From NCBI GenBank assembly GCA_964588235.1, contig CAZPOZ010000002.1, positions 1 to 34,216 of the forward strand: DNA of 34,216 bases, given 5' to 3'. Position numbers and translations under genes: made by a program. Below are positions 1 to 8,170 of this stretch, piece after piece. Within the stretch, counting starts at the first letter, position 1. The number at the start of each line of letters is the position of its first letter. The notes under the pieces were generated by a model. That model made no database searches, was not told the DNA's origin, and saw only the letters and a program-made list of their open reading frames with translations. The stretch is from an uncultured Planctomycetales bacterium (lineage in GTDB: Bacteria; Planctomycetota; PLA2; JAEUHO01).

Positions 1-6
1 GGCGGC

Positions 7-1167
7 TCACCGCGGGGCCTCCGCCGCGGCGGGCAGGCCCAGCTGCTCGCCGCCGACCAGGCCCGAGAGCGCCTCCAGGCGGCCGTCGGGGGCCGGGGCG
101 CCCGTGGTGACCAGCCGGCGCAGGGCCCGGCCGCCGGCCACGACGACCACCGTCTCCAGCTGCCCGACGCGGGTCACGGCCGCCGCCGGCACCAGCACCG
201 TCTCGCGCTCCCCGGCTGGCACCCGCAGCCGCCCGAACATGCCCGGATGCACGCCCGGCACGGGGTCGAAGTCCACGCGCACGAGGAAGGTGCGCGTGCG
301 CGGGTCGGCGCTGGGCGCCACCTCGCTCACCCGGCCGCGCACGGTGCGGCCCACCGTGGGCAGCAGCACGTCGAGCTCGGCGCCGGCCGGCACGCGGCCG
401 ATGAGGCCCTCGCGCACCCCGGCCTCCAGGCGCGGCAGCCGGGGGTCGAGGACCGTGAGGAGCGCGCGGCCCGGGGAGGCCAGGTCGCCGGGCTCGGCGT
501 TGCGCTCGGAGACCACGCCGTCGAAGGGGGCCAGCAGCACGGCGTAGCCCTCGGCCACCTCGGCCTCGCGCACGACCTGCTGCGCCTGCTCGTGCCCGGC
601 CTCGGCGGCGGCGATGGCGGCCTCGGCGTCGGCCACGGCCGCGACCGCGGCCAGGTGGTCGGCCGCCGCGGCCTCGGCCAGCTCCGGGGAGGTGACCTTC
701 TCGGCCAGCATGCGCTGCTGGCGCTCGTGGCGGGCCTTGGCCTGGGTCAGGCGGGCCTCGGCCTGCGCGCGGGCCTGGGCCGCGCGGTCGCGCGCGGCGG
801 AGGCGGCCAGCAGCCCCTTGCGCGCCTGGCCGGCCCGGGCCTTGAGCTCGCGGTCGTCCAGCCGCACGAGGGGCTGGTCGGCCTTGACCTCGCTGCCCAC
901 GCGGGGCCCGACCTCGAGGATGCGGGCGATCACCTGCGCGGCCACGTCCACGCGGGTGCGCGAGCGCACGGTGCCCAGCGCCTCCTCGACCAGGGGCAGG
1001 GTCACCCGTTCGGCGGGCGCCGTGCGGGCGGGGAGGGGCAGCGGCTCGGGACCCGCGCCGCGGCCCGGACCGGTGCGCGGCCCGTGGAAGGCGCCCATGG
1101 CCCAGGCCACCACGCCGGCCAGCAGCGCCAGGACGACGAGGCCTTGGGCGGCGGATCGAAGCTGCAT
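7..1167 (-). CDS. efflux transporter periplasmic adaptor subunit (HlyD/membrane-fusion protein family), 386 aa
   Basis: C-terminal 386 codons of ORF 7..2199. ATG at 1165-1167 is preceded by GGGAG. N-terminal membrane anchor (GLVVLALLAGVVAWAMG), then a long Ala/Gln/Arg coiled-coil hairpin, then beta-barrel-like motifs (LLAPFDGVVSERNAEPGD, TRTFLVRVDF), as is typical of RND/ABC adaptor subunits. The partner pump would lie beyond the left edge. Confidence 0.8.
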   Translation of the reverse strand: MQLRSAAQGLVVLALLAGVVAWAMGAFHGPRTGPGRGAGPEPLPLPARTAPAERVTLPLVEEALGTVRSRTRVDVAAQVIARILEVGPRVGSEVKADQPLVRLDDRELKARAGQARKGLLAASAARDRAAQARAQAEARLTQAKARHERQQRMLAEKVTSPELAEAAAADHLAAVAAVADAEAAIAAAEAGHEQAQQVVREAEVAEGYAVLLAPFDGVVSERNAEPGDLASPGRALLTVLDPRLPRLEAGVREGLIGRVPAGAELDVLLPTVGRTVRGRVSEVAPSADPRTRTFLVRVDFDPVPGVHPGMFGRLRVPAGERETVLVPAAAVTRVGQLETVVVVAGGRALRRLVTTGAPAPDGRLEALSGLVGGEQLGLPAAAEAPR

Positions 1168-1396
1168 GACGCGCTCCCGGGGCCGGGCCGGCCCGGTGCC
1201 CGGGGTAGCGACCCCCATGCCAGTCGTCGGGGCGCGCCCTGCCCCGCGCCCACCCGCCCGCCGCCGGCGGCGGTGACGCGCTGGGGACCGTTCCGCAGGC
1301 TCCTGCGCCGGGGACCGCAGCGCGGGGGGGGGCGTTCGCGGGCGGCCGGCCGACGACGGATGCCCCTGGGGGCTGCGAAGATGCCACAATGGTGCC

Positions 1397-2380
1397 ATGC
1401 ACCCCCCGGGGCCCCCCGCCCGACGGCCGTCGCGCGCGCGCGGCGCGCTCGTCGTCGCGCTCGCGATCGCCTGCCTGCTCCCGGCCTTCGGCGAGGAGTC
1501 GATGGTCGAGCCGCGCTTCCGCGAGGGTCGCCCCGGCGACGTGCTCGTCCGCGGGGAGCCCTCCCTGCTGCGGGGGCACCTGGACGCCTTCGTGGACCTC
1601 ACCGAGGCTTCCTTCGACCTCGCCTGGGCGGCGCCGGTCGAGCAGGAGCTGCGCGACGCCCTGGAGCTGTCCTTCGGGCGCTGGGGGCCGGCCGAGCGCG
1701 GCGAGCTGATCGCGCTCGTCACGCCGCTCACGGGCCTGCGCGAGCGCGGGCGCGCGGGCGACCTCGAGGGGCTCAAGGCGGGCCTGCGCGCCTTCTGGAT
1801 CGCGTTGGACGCGCGCATCTCGGCCGCCCCGCGGGAGAAGGCGCACCAGCTGCTCACCCAGGGGCTCGAGCGGCGACAGCGCGCCGTCTGGCGCGGCATC
1901 CCCGCCATCCACGGCAGCGCCGCAGACGCCTGGCTCGAGGCCACGCTGTTCCTCTCGACCCTGGGGCGCAACGAGCGCTTCGAGCCGACCGCGGGGCAGC
2001 GCGCCTCGCTGCTCGAGGCGCTCGACCTCGGCCTGCACGGCCAGAGCGAGGCCGTGCGCGAGCGCCTGCGCGACGTCCATCGCACCTGGCTGCTGGCCAA
2101 GGCGCGTTGGGACGCCGCCGACGGCGCGCGCCGCTTCGCCCTGCGCTTCGAGGCCGTGCGCCTGCTCGCGCGGCTGCTGCCGCCGGGCCGCGCGCTCACG
2201 ATCGTGCCGGGGCCCGACCTGACCGACTACGCGCGCGAGGCCGCGCGCGTGCAGGCCGCCGTCGAGGCCTACGACGCCTGGTCGAGCGCCGCCCACAGCC
2301 CGGAGGCCTCGCTGGAGGCCCTGACGAAGGGGCTCGACCTGCTCCGCGGGGCGCCGGCGCACGTGCTGCTCTACCGCTGA
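1397..2380 (+). CDS. hypothetical secreted/lipoprotein-like protein, 327 aa
   Basis: ATG at 1397. N-terminal signal-like segment (ALVVALAIACLLPAFG). Coding-like amino-acid composition, unlike the Arg/Pro/Gly-rich shadow frames. I recognise no family. Ends 6 nt before the first glycosyltransferase. Confidence 0.6.
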   Translation: MHPPGPPARRPSRARGALVVALAIACLLPAFGEESMVEPRFREGRPGDVLVRGEPSLLRGHLDAFVDLTEASFDLAWAAPVEQELRDALELSFGRWGPAERGELIALVTPLTGLRERGRAGDLEGLKAGLRAFWIALDARISAAPREKAHQLLTQGLERRQRAVWRGIPAIHGSAADAWLEATLFLSTLGRNERFEPTAGQRASLLEALDLGLHGQSEAVRERLRDVHRTWLLAKARWDAADGARRFALRFEAVRLLARLLPPGRALTIVPGPDLTDYAREAARVQAAVEAYDAWSSAAHSPEASLEALTKGLDLLRGAPAHVLLYR

Positions 2381-2386
2381 GCGCCC

Positions 2387-3475
2387 GTGCGCGTGGGCCT
2401 CGACTTCCGCCCGGCGCTCCACGGCCGGGGGGGCATCGCCGTCTACGTGCGGCACCTGGTGGCCGCCCTGGCCGGGAGCGGGAGCCCCGACCGGATCGAG
2501 CTGTACGCGCACCGCCTCCGGGGGCGCGCGGGCGGGCGGGCCCCGGGGCCGGTCCCGGCGGGGACGCGGCTGCACGCGCGTCGCTGGCCCTCGATGGGCA
2601 CCGAGGCGCTGGGCCGCCTGGGCCTGGGCGCCGACCGCCTGCTCGGGGGCGTGGACGTGCTGCATTGGACCGACTACGTGGCGCTGCGCTCCTCGCGGGC
2701 CCCGGTGGTGGTCACGCTGCACGACCTGCTGTTCGAGTCGCTGCCCGGGTGCTACACGGCCGACATGCGCCGCGGCCTCGAGCGCTTCCTGCGCCGGGCG
2801 CTGCGCGAGGCGGCGCGCTTCGTCGTGCCCAGCGCGCGCGTGGCCCGCGCGCTGAGCCTGCACCACGGCGTCGATGCGCGGCGCGTGGACGTGGTGCCCC
2901 ACGGCGCGCCGGCCCTGGCCGACGCGCCGGCCGCCCGGGCCCCGCGGCCCTACGTGCTGCTGTTGGGCACGCTCGAGCCGCGCAAGAACCACCTGCGCGT
3001 GCTCGACGCCCTGGAGCGCCTGCGCGGACGCGGCGCCGACGTGGAGGCCGTGCTGCTGGGAGCGCCGGGCTGGCTGGACGGCCCGCTGCGCGCCGCGCTC
3101 GCGCGCCGGCCCTGGGCCCGCTGGGAGCCCGACGCCGACGAGGTGCGCAAGGCCGCCCTCCTGCGCGGCGCCGCCGCGCTGGCCGACGCCTCGCTCGACG
3201 AGGGCTTCGGCCTGCCCGTGCTGGAGGGCTTCGGGGCGGGCGTGCCCGTGCTCGTCGGCCGCGGCACGGCCCCGGCCGACCTGGCCGGGGACGCGGCGGC
3301 CGCCGCCGACCCGACCGACGTCGAGGCGCTCACGGCGGCCCTCGAGCGGCTGCTCGGCGACGACGCCTGGCGCGCCGACCTCGTGGAGCGCGGCCGCCGC
3401 GTCGCCGCGGAGCACACCTGGGAGCGGGCCGCGCGGCTGACGCGGGCGGCCTACGCGCGGGCGGTGGGCGCGTGA
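2387..3475 (+). CDS. glycosyltransferase family 4 (GT-B fold), 362 aa
   Basis: GTG start. N-terminus MRVGLDFRPALHGRGGIAVYVRHL is typical of GT4. C-terminal EX7E-type motif DEGFGLPVLEGFGAGVPVLV. Confidence 0.85.
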   Translation: MRVGLDFRPALHGRGGIAVYVRHLVAALAGSGSPDRIELYAHRLRGRAGGRAPGPVPAGTRLHARRWPSMGTEALGRLGLGADRLLGGVDVLHWTDYVALRSSRAPVVVTLHDLLFESLPGCYTADMRRGLERFLRRALREAARFVVPSARVARALSLHHGVDARRVDVVPHGAPALADAPAARAPRPYVLLLGTLEPRKNHLRVLDALERLRGRGADVEAVLLGAPGWLDGPLRAALARRPWARWEPDADEVRKAALLRGAAALADASLDEGFGLPVLEGFGAGVPVLVGRGTAPADLAGDAAAAADPTDVEALTAALERLLGDDAWRADLVERGRRVAAEHTWERAARLTRAAYARAVGA

Positions 3476-4548
3476 TCGCGCTCGACCTCGCGGCGCTGGC
3501 GCTCGACCCGCTGCGCGGCGTCGCCACGGCCCTGCGCCACCTGCTGGCCGGGCTCGTCGCCGTGCGCCCGCCGGGGCTGGTCCTCCTGGGGCTGTGGCCC
3601 GGGCCCGAGCCCGCGGAGGGCTCGGCCGCGGCGCGCGCGCTCCACGGGGTCGAGCGGCTGGTCGAGCCCCTGGCCGCCCGGCGGGGGCTCCAGGGCGCGC
3701 GGCGCCGGCTGGCCCTTCGGGCGCAGGCCCGGGGCGCCCGGGCGCTGGTCTGCCCCTGGACCTCCGCCCCGGCCACGACCCTGCCGCGGGTCACCTGGGT
3801 GCACGAGGCGCCCTTCGCGCGCCAGGGCGCGCTCGAGGGCCGCCTGCGCGCGCTGCGGCACCGGCTCGCGCTCGCGCGGGCGGTGGCGCGCTCGGCCGCG
3901 CTGGTCGTGCCTTCCCGGGCCGTGCTCGACGACCTGCTGGCGCTGCACCCCGAGGCGGCCCCGCGCGCGGCGGTCGTGCCCCACGGCTTCGACCCCGCGC
4001 CCTGGCGCGCCGCGCCCGACGCGCCGGGCGCAGGCGGGCCCTACGCGCTCGCCGTGGGCACCGGGCACGGCGCGGGCGGGGCGCGGAAGAAGGGGCTCGA
4101 CGTGCTCGCGGCGGCGTTCCGCTCCGGGCCCGTGGCCGGGCTCAGGCTCGTCGTGGTCGGGGCGGCGCGCGGGCTGCCGCCGGGGGTGGAGGTCGTCCCC
4201 GAGGCCGGCGAGGCGCGGCTCCGGGCCCTGGTGGCGGGCGCGCGCGTGCTGGTCGTGGCCTCGCGCAGCGAGGGCTTCGGCTACCCGCTGCTCGAGGCCT
4301 GCGCCGCCGGCGTGCCGGTGGTGGCGATCGCCGCGGGCGCGCTGCCGGAGGTGAGCGCGGGCGCGGCCTGCCTCGTGCCGCCCGGGGACCCGGCCGCCCT
4401 GGCCGCGGCGCTGGCGCTCGTGGCTGCCGACGGACCGCTGCGCGCGGGCCTGATCGCGGCCGGAGGCGAGCGGGCCGGAGCGTTCCCCGTGGAGGCGGCC
4501 GGGCGGGCGTGGCTCGACCTCGTCGGGCGCGTCGGGAGGTCCGCATGA
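3472..4548 (+). CDS. glycosyltransferase family 4-like, 358 aa
   Basis: GTG at 3472 overlaps the upstream TGA (GTGA). Motif SEGFGYPLLEACAAGVPVVA. This is the last 358 codons of the artefactual 1433-aa ORF 247..4548. Confidence 0.8.
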   Translation: MIALDLAALALDPLRGVATALRHLLAGLVAVRPPGLVLLGLWPGPEPAEGSAAARALHGVERLVEPLAARRGLQGARRRLALRAQARGARALVCPWTSAPATTLPRVTWVHEAPFARQGALEGRLRALRHRLALARAVARSAALVVPSRAVLDDLLALHPEAAPRAAVVPHGFDPAPWRAAPDAPGAGGPYALAVGTGHGAGGARKKGLDVLAAAFRSGPVAGLRLVVVGAARGLPPGVEVVPEAGEARLRALVAGARVLVVASRSEGFGYPLLEACAAGVPVVAIAAGALPEVSAGAACLVPPGDPAALAAALALVAADGPLRAGLIAAGGERAGAFPVEAAGRAWLDLVGRVGRSA

Positions 4549-5549
4549 CCCGCCTGATCGTGGTGGACGCCACGCCGCAGGCGACCCCGTGGAGCGGCGC
4601 CTACCGCCGCCTGGTGGAGGTGCTGCGGCGGCTGCCGGCGCTGCTGCCCGACGACGTGCTCGAGGTGCATTGGGGGCGGGGCGGGCCGGGCCCGCCCGCC
4701 GGCCTCGTGGCCGACAACCTGGTGCACGCCACCGTGGACGTGCCGGCGCGCGGGGGCGCGCGCGCCTGGCTCGCCCGTCGCCGCGACCTGGTCCGCCGCC
4801 ACCGCGTGACGGGCTTCTCGCACCTGCTGACCGACCACGGGCCGCTGGTGGCGCCCGAGCGCGTGCGCAACGTCGTCACGGTCCACGACCTGCGCTTCCT
4901 GTCCGGCTACGGCAGCCTGCTCCAGCGCCTCTACGGCCGCCTCCGCTACGGCGCGGCGCTGGCCCGCGCGCACCGCGTGCTGGCCGTGTCGCCGCACGTG
5001 GCCGAGGGGCTCGCCCGGCGCCTGGGGGTGGACCGTGGGCGCATCGTGCTGGCGCCCAACGCCGTGGCGGGGAGCCTGGTGGCCGGGGGCGGGGGCCCGC
5101 GCGCCGGCGCGCTCGTGGTGGCCCGCGACGAGCCCCGCAAGGCGCGCGGCGCCGCCGTGGCCGCGGCGGCCGAGGCGGGGCTTCCCCTCACGGTCGTGGA
5201 CGGAGGCCTTCCCGACGAGGCGCTGGCGCGGGCGTACGCCTCGCATCGTTGGCTGCTGGCCCCCTCGCTCGAGGAGGGCTTCGACCTGCCGGTGGCGGAG
5301 GCGTTGGCCAACGGCACGCCGGTGGTGGCCTCCGACGTGCCCGCGCACCGCGACCTCGTGGCCCTGGGGGCGCAGGGCCTGCTGCTGGTGCCGCCCCCCG
5401 TGCGGGGGCGGGGCGGCTGGCGCTGGCCCGGGGCGGTGCGCGCGCTCCTGGGGCCGCCGCCCCCCGTCGCTCCGCCCCCGCTCGCCTGGGAGGCGGCCGC
5501 CGAGGCCGTGGCGCGCGCGCTCGCGCCGGACGCGCCGCTCAGCGCCTGA
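4545..5549 (+). CDS. glycosyltransferase family 4-like, 334 aa
   Basis: ATG at 4545 overlaps the upstream TGA (ATGA). Motif EEGFDLPVAEALANGTPVVASD. Third member of a coupled GT operon. Confidence 0.75.
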   Translation: MTRLIVVDATPQATPWSGAYRRLVEVLRRLPALLPDDVLEVHWGRGGPGPPAGLVADNLVHATVDVPARGGARAWLARRRDLVRRHRVTGFSHLLTDHGPLVAPERVRNVVTVHDLRFLSGYGSLLQRLYGRLRYGAALARAHRVLAVSPHVAEGLARRLGVDRGRIVLAPNAVAGSLVAGGGGPRAGALVVARDEPRKARGAAVAAAAEAGLPLTVVDGGLPDEALARAYASHRWLLAPSLEEGFDLPVAEALANGTPVVASDVPAHRDLVALGAQGLLLVPPPVRGRGGWRWPGAVRALLGPPPPVAPPPLAWEAAAEAVARALAPDAPLSA

Positions 5550-7692
5550 GCGCCAGCTCGGCGAGGTGCTTCTTCACGGCCCCGCGCGTGGCGTCGTCGG
5601 TGGCGGCGGCGAGGGCGCGCTCGAGCTCGGGCGCCGCCTCGTCGAGCCGCCCGGCGCGCAGCAGCGCGTAGCCCAGGTTGGCCCGCGGGCGGGCCAGGCG
5701 CGGCTGCTCGGCCACGATGCGCGCGAGCACCTCGACGGCCTGCGGCCAGCGCTCGGCCTCCACGAGCAGCCGCGCCTGGACGAGGGGCGGCTCCTGGGCG
5801 AAGGTGCCCTGCAGGCGCAGCAGCAGCTCCAGGCGCGCGCGCGCCGAGCCGAGGTCGGGGTCCACGTCGAGCGCCCCGCGGAGGCGGCGCGCGGCCTGCG
5901 CGTCCTCGGCCTGGCGCAGGTGGGCGGCGCCCGCGGCCTCCAGCGCCAGCGCGTAGCGTCGGCGCAGGTCGCGTTCGGGGTAAGGGCGCGGCTCCCCGGC
6001 GCCGGGCGCGCGCGGGAGGCGGTAGACGGCGTCGAGCAGGCGGGCGCCCTCGGCCAGGGCCGGGGGCAGGGGGGCGTCGGGGCGTTCGCCCAGCTCGAGC
6101 AGCAGGCCTCGGGGGGTGAGGAAGGGGCTCAGCGGGCCCGTGAGCGCGTCGTCGCCGGCCACCAGCAGCACCGGGCGGCGGTGGAGCGCGCGGTGGGTCA
6201 GGTCGCGCAGCAGGTCGCCCTGCGCGCCGCCGACGCCGGGGGGGAAGACGCGGGCGGCGAAGGCGCGGCCCACGGCCGGCTCGGCGGCGAGGGTGGCGGC
6301 CAGGCGGCGGCGGACCTGGGCGAGCGCGGCGGGGTTCTCCAGCGGCAGCACGACGTCCACGTCGGGGCGCCGGCCCTCGACCTGCTGGAGCATCCACAGG
6401 CCGAAGGCGGTCGTGTCGTTGATCGTGATCACGAGCGCGCGCTCGGGCAGGGAGGCGAGCAGGTCCTGGGCGTAGCGGCTGCCCACGAGGTGCTCGCGCC
6501 GGTCGCAGGCGGCGGCGGAGCGGCGCGCGGTGAGCGCCGGCCCGAGCAGCAGGGCGAGCGCGGCCGCGCCCAGGGCCAGGGCCGTCCCGCGGCGGCCGGG
6601 CGCGCGCGCGAGCCGGGCCAGCAGGGCGCCCAGGCCCACGCCGGCGAGCAGGGCGAGCAGGGCGAAGGAGCCGAGGTGCAGGCGCTCGGCGAGGTAGGCG
6701 ACGTTGTCGTCGAGCCGGGTGCCGCCGAGCAGCAGGGCGAGCGCGGGGCCGGTGGCGATCCAGCCGAGCACCAGGGCCCAGCCGGCGAAGCGTCGGGCGC
6801 GGTCGGCGAGCAGGGCCCAGGCGCCCAGGGCGGCGAGCGGCGCGCCGATCAGGCCCCCCTGCTCGAGCGAGCCGCGTGCGAGCAGGGCGAGGTGGGCCTG
6901 CCGGTTCGTCCAGGAGGGGTCGGCGGGGAAGTGGCGCGAGAGCGAGAGCGAGCCGAACTCGCGGCGCAGGAACACGTCGAGCAGCCGGGGGAGGGTCTCG
7001 GGGTCGCCCCAGTCCAGGAAGGGATCCTGGCGCGAGCGCAGGAGCACGAAGGCGTAGAGCGCGGCGGCGACGAGCAAGCCGAGGCCGACGGCGCGGAGGA
7101 AGGCGCGCGAGCGCAGCGTGCGGGGCTCGGCGCTGGCCAGGGCCACGAGCAGCCCGGGGGCGACGAGGACGGCGGTGTGCTGGTTGCCGAGCGCCAGCCC
7201 GCCCAGGGCCCCGAGGGCGAGCAGGGGGGCGCCGCGGCGCTCGGGGGGGCGATCGTGCCAGGCGAGCAGCAGCCGCAGGGCGCCGAGGACGAGGGCGAGG
7301 TGCAGGGTGAACACCTCGGCGACGGTGGCGTGCTGCCAGAACACGCGCGAGAGGCCGAGGGTGGCGGCGGCGAACAGGGCGGCGGGCGCGCTGCCCGAGA
7401 GGCGTCGGACGACGGAGAAGGCCAGGCCCACGGCGACGGCGCCCAGGAGCGCGGAGAGCAGGTTCACGCGCAGCGCCACGTCGCCGACGGGCACGCTGGC
7501 CGCGGCGCGCCCCAGCAGCACGTAGGTCGGGTAGGCGGGCGGGTGGGGGATGCCGAGGGTGGCTGCGGCGGTGACGAGCTCGCCGCTGTCGCGCGGATAG
7601 AGGCCGGGCGCCACGGTGGCCGCGTACAGCGCGAAGGCTGCGCAGGCGACGATCAGCGAGGCCAGGCCGGAGAAGCGCCGCGCGGCCGTCAT
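5539..7692 (-). CDS. DUF2723-type polytopic membrane glycosyltransferase-like protein with C-terminal TPR repeats, 717 aa
   Basis: ATG at 7690-7692. N-terminus YAATVAPGLYPRDSGELVTAAATLGIPHPPAYPTYVLLG matches my memory of the DUF2723 (protein O-mannosyltransferase-like) signature. Many hydrophobic helices follow, and the C-terminal third has TPR-like helices (ANLGYALLRAGRLDEAAPELERAL). Its 3' end overlaps the GT3 3' end by 11 bp (convergent). Confidence 0.8.
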   Translation of the reverse strand: MTAARRFSGLASLIVACAAFALYAATVAPGLYPRDSGELVTAAATLGIPHPPAYPTYVLLGRAAASVPVGDVALRVNLLSALLGAVAVGLAFSVVRRLSGSAPAALFAAATLGLSRVFWQHATVAEVFTLHLALVLGALRLLLAWHDRPPERRGAPLLALGALGGLALGNQHTAVLVAPGLLVALASAEPRTLRSRAFLRAVGLGLLVAAALYAFVLLRSRQDPFLDWGDPETLPRLLDVFLRREFGSLSLSRHFPADPSWTNRQAHLALLARGSLEQGGLIGAPLAALGAWALLADRARRFAGWALVLGWIATGPALALLLGGTRLDDNVAYLAERLHLGSFALLALLAGVGLGALLARLARAPGRRGTALALGAAALALLLGPALTARRSAAACDRREHLVGSRYAQDLLASLPERALVITINDTTAFGLWMLQQVEGRRPDVDVVLPLENPAALAQVRRRLAATLAAEPAVGRAFAARVFPPGVGGAQGDLLRDLTHRALHRRPVLLVAGDDALTGPLSPFLTPRGLLLELGERPDAPLPPALAEGARLLDAVYRLPRAPGAGEPRPYPERDLRRRYALALEAAGAAHLRQAEDAQAARRLRGALDVDPDLGSARARLELLLRLQGTFAQEPPLVQARLLVEAERWPQAVEVLARIVAEQPRLARPRANLGYALLRAGRLDEAAPELERALAAATDDATRGAVKKHLAELALRR

Positions 7693-7824
7693 CGGGGGAG
7701 ATCGTAGCCCGGCCGCCCTCCGGTGGCGCGCGGGGCGGCCCGCAACACGTGAAAGGCCGGAGGCGGGATGGTCATGAGGAGGGTGAGGGTAGGTGCCCTC
7801 CCGCCCGAACGGGGCGCTGCAAAC

Positions 7825-8097
7825 ATGGAGCTGAGCATGCGCGTGATCTTCAACCTTGGCGTGGGCGGACGGGCGCGCCACGCGAACACCGCGGCCCCGG
7901 GGCGGCTGCTCCTGGCCCTGTGCCCTCTGCTTGCCCTGCCCGCGTGCTCGGGGAGCCGGGTAGGCGACGTGCCCGCGGAGCGGAGGTCTGCGCACGTCGA
8001 ACGGGTGGAGCACTACACGGAGCCGAACGACGTGGATCGGGCCCGGCTCCTGCTGGACACGGTCCGTGCCGTCAACGAGACGAAGCGCCGTCCCTGA
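7825..8097 (+). CDS. small putative lipoprotein, about 90 aa (start uncertain: 7768, 7825 or 7837)
   Basis: Signal-like segment LLLALCPLLALPAC with a Cys in lipobox position. G/C dominates the third codon position in this frame. No recognisable family. Confidence 0.45.
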   Translation: MELSMRVIFNLGVGGRARHANTAAPGRLLLALCPLLALPACSGSRVGDVPAERRSAHVERVEHYTEPNDVDRARLLLDTVRAVNETKRRP

Positions 8098-8170
8098 CGC
8101 AAGCCATGGGCGCCCCGCGTAGCCCCGGGGACGCAGCCTCCGGATCGGCCCAGGGCCTTCCGCGTCAGTC

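Noticed and set aside
7-2199. 730-aa version of the adaptor-subunit ORF
   Set aside because: The N-terminal 344 residues are Arg/Ser/Pro-rich and run antisense through the 1397-2380 gene. A good ATG with GGGAG and a membrane anchor occurs at 1167.
247-4548. 1433-aa ORF on the + strand, the longest in the left part of the window
   Set aside because: Only the last 358 codons (from GTG 3472) look like a real protein (GT4 motifs). The upstream 1075 codons are Arg/Ala/Gly/Pro-rich low-complexity sequence. They overlap the clearly coding MFP, hypothetical and GT1 genes in other frames or strands. This is the expected stop-codon-poor shadow of a high-GC genome.
4946-7707. Long ORFs 5035..7707 (+, 890 aa), 4946..6397 (-, 483 aa) and similar ones at 16791..18146, 27420..29324, 30412..32130 and 30774..33179
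   Set aside because: All have extreme Arg/Gly/Ala/Pro composition and no recognisable motifs. They lie antisense or out of frame to genes with clear family signatures (DUF2723, csb2, propeller protein, bioA/bioD).
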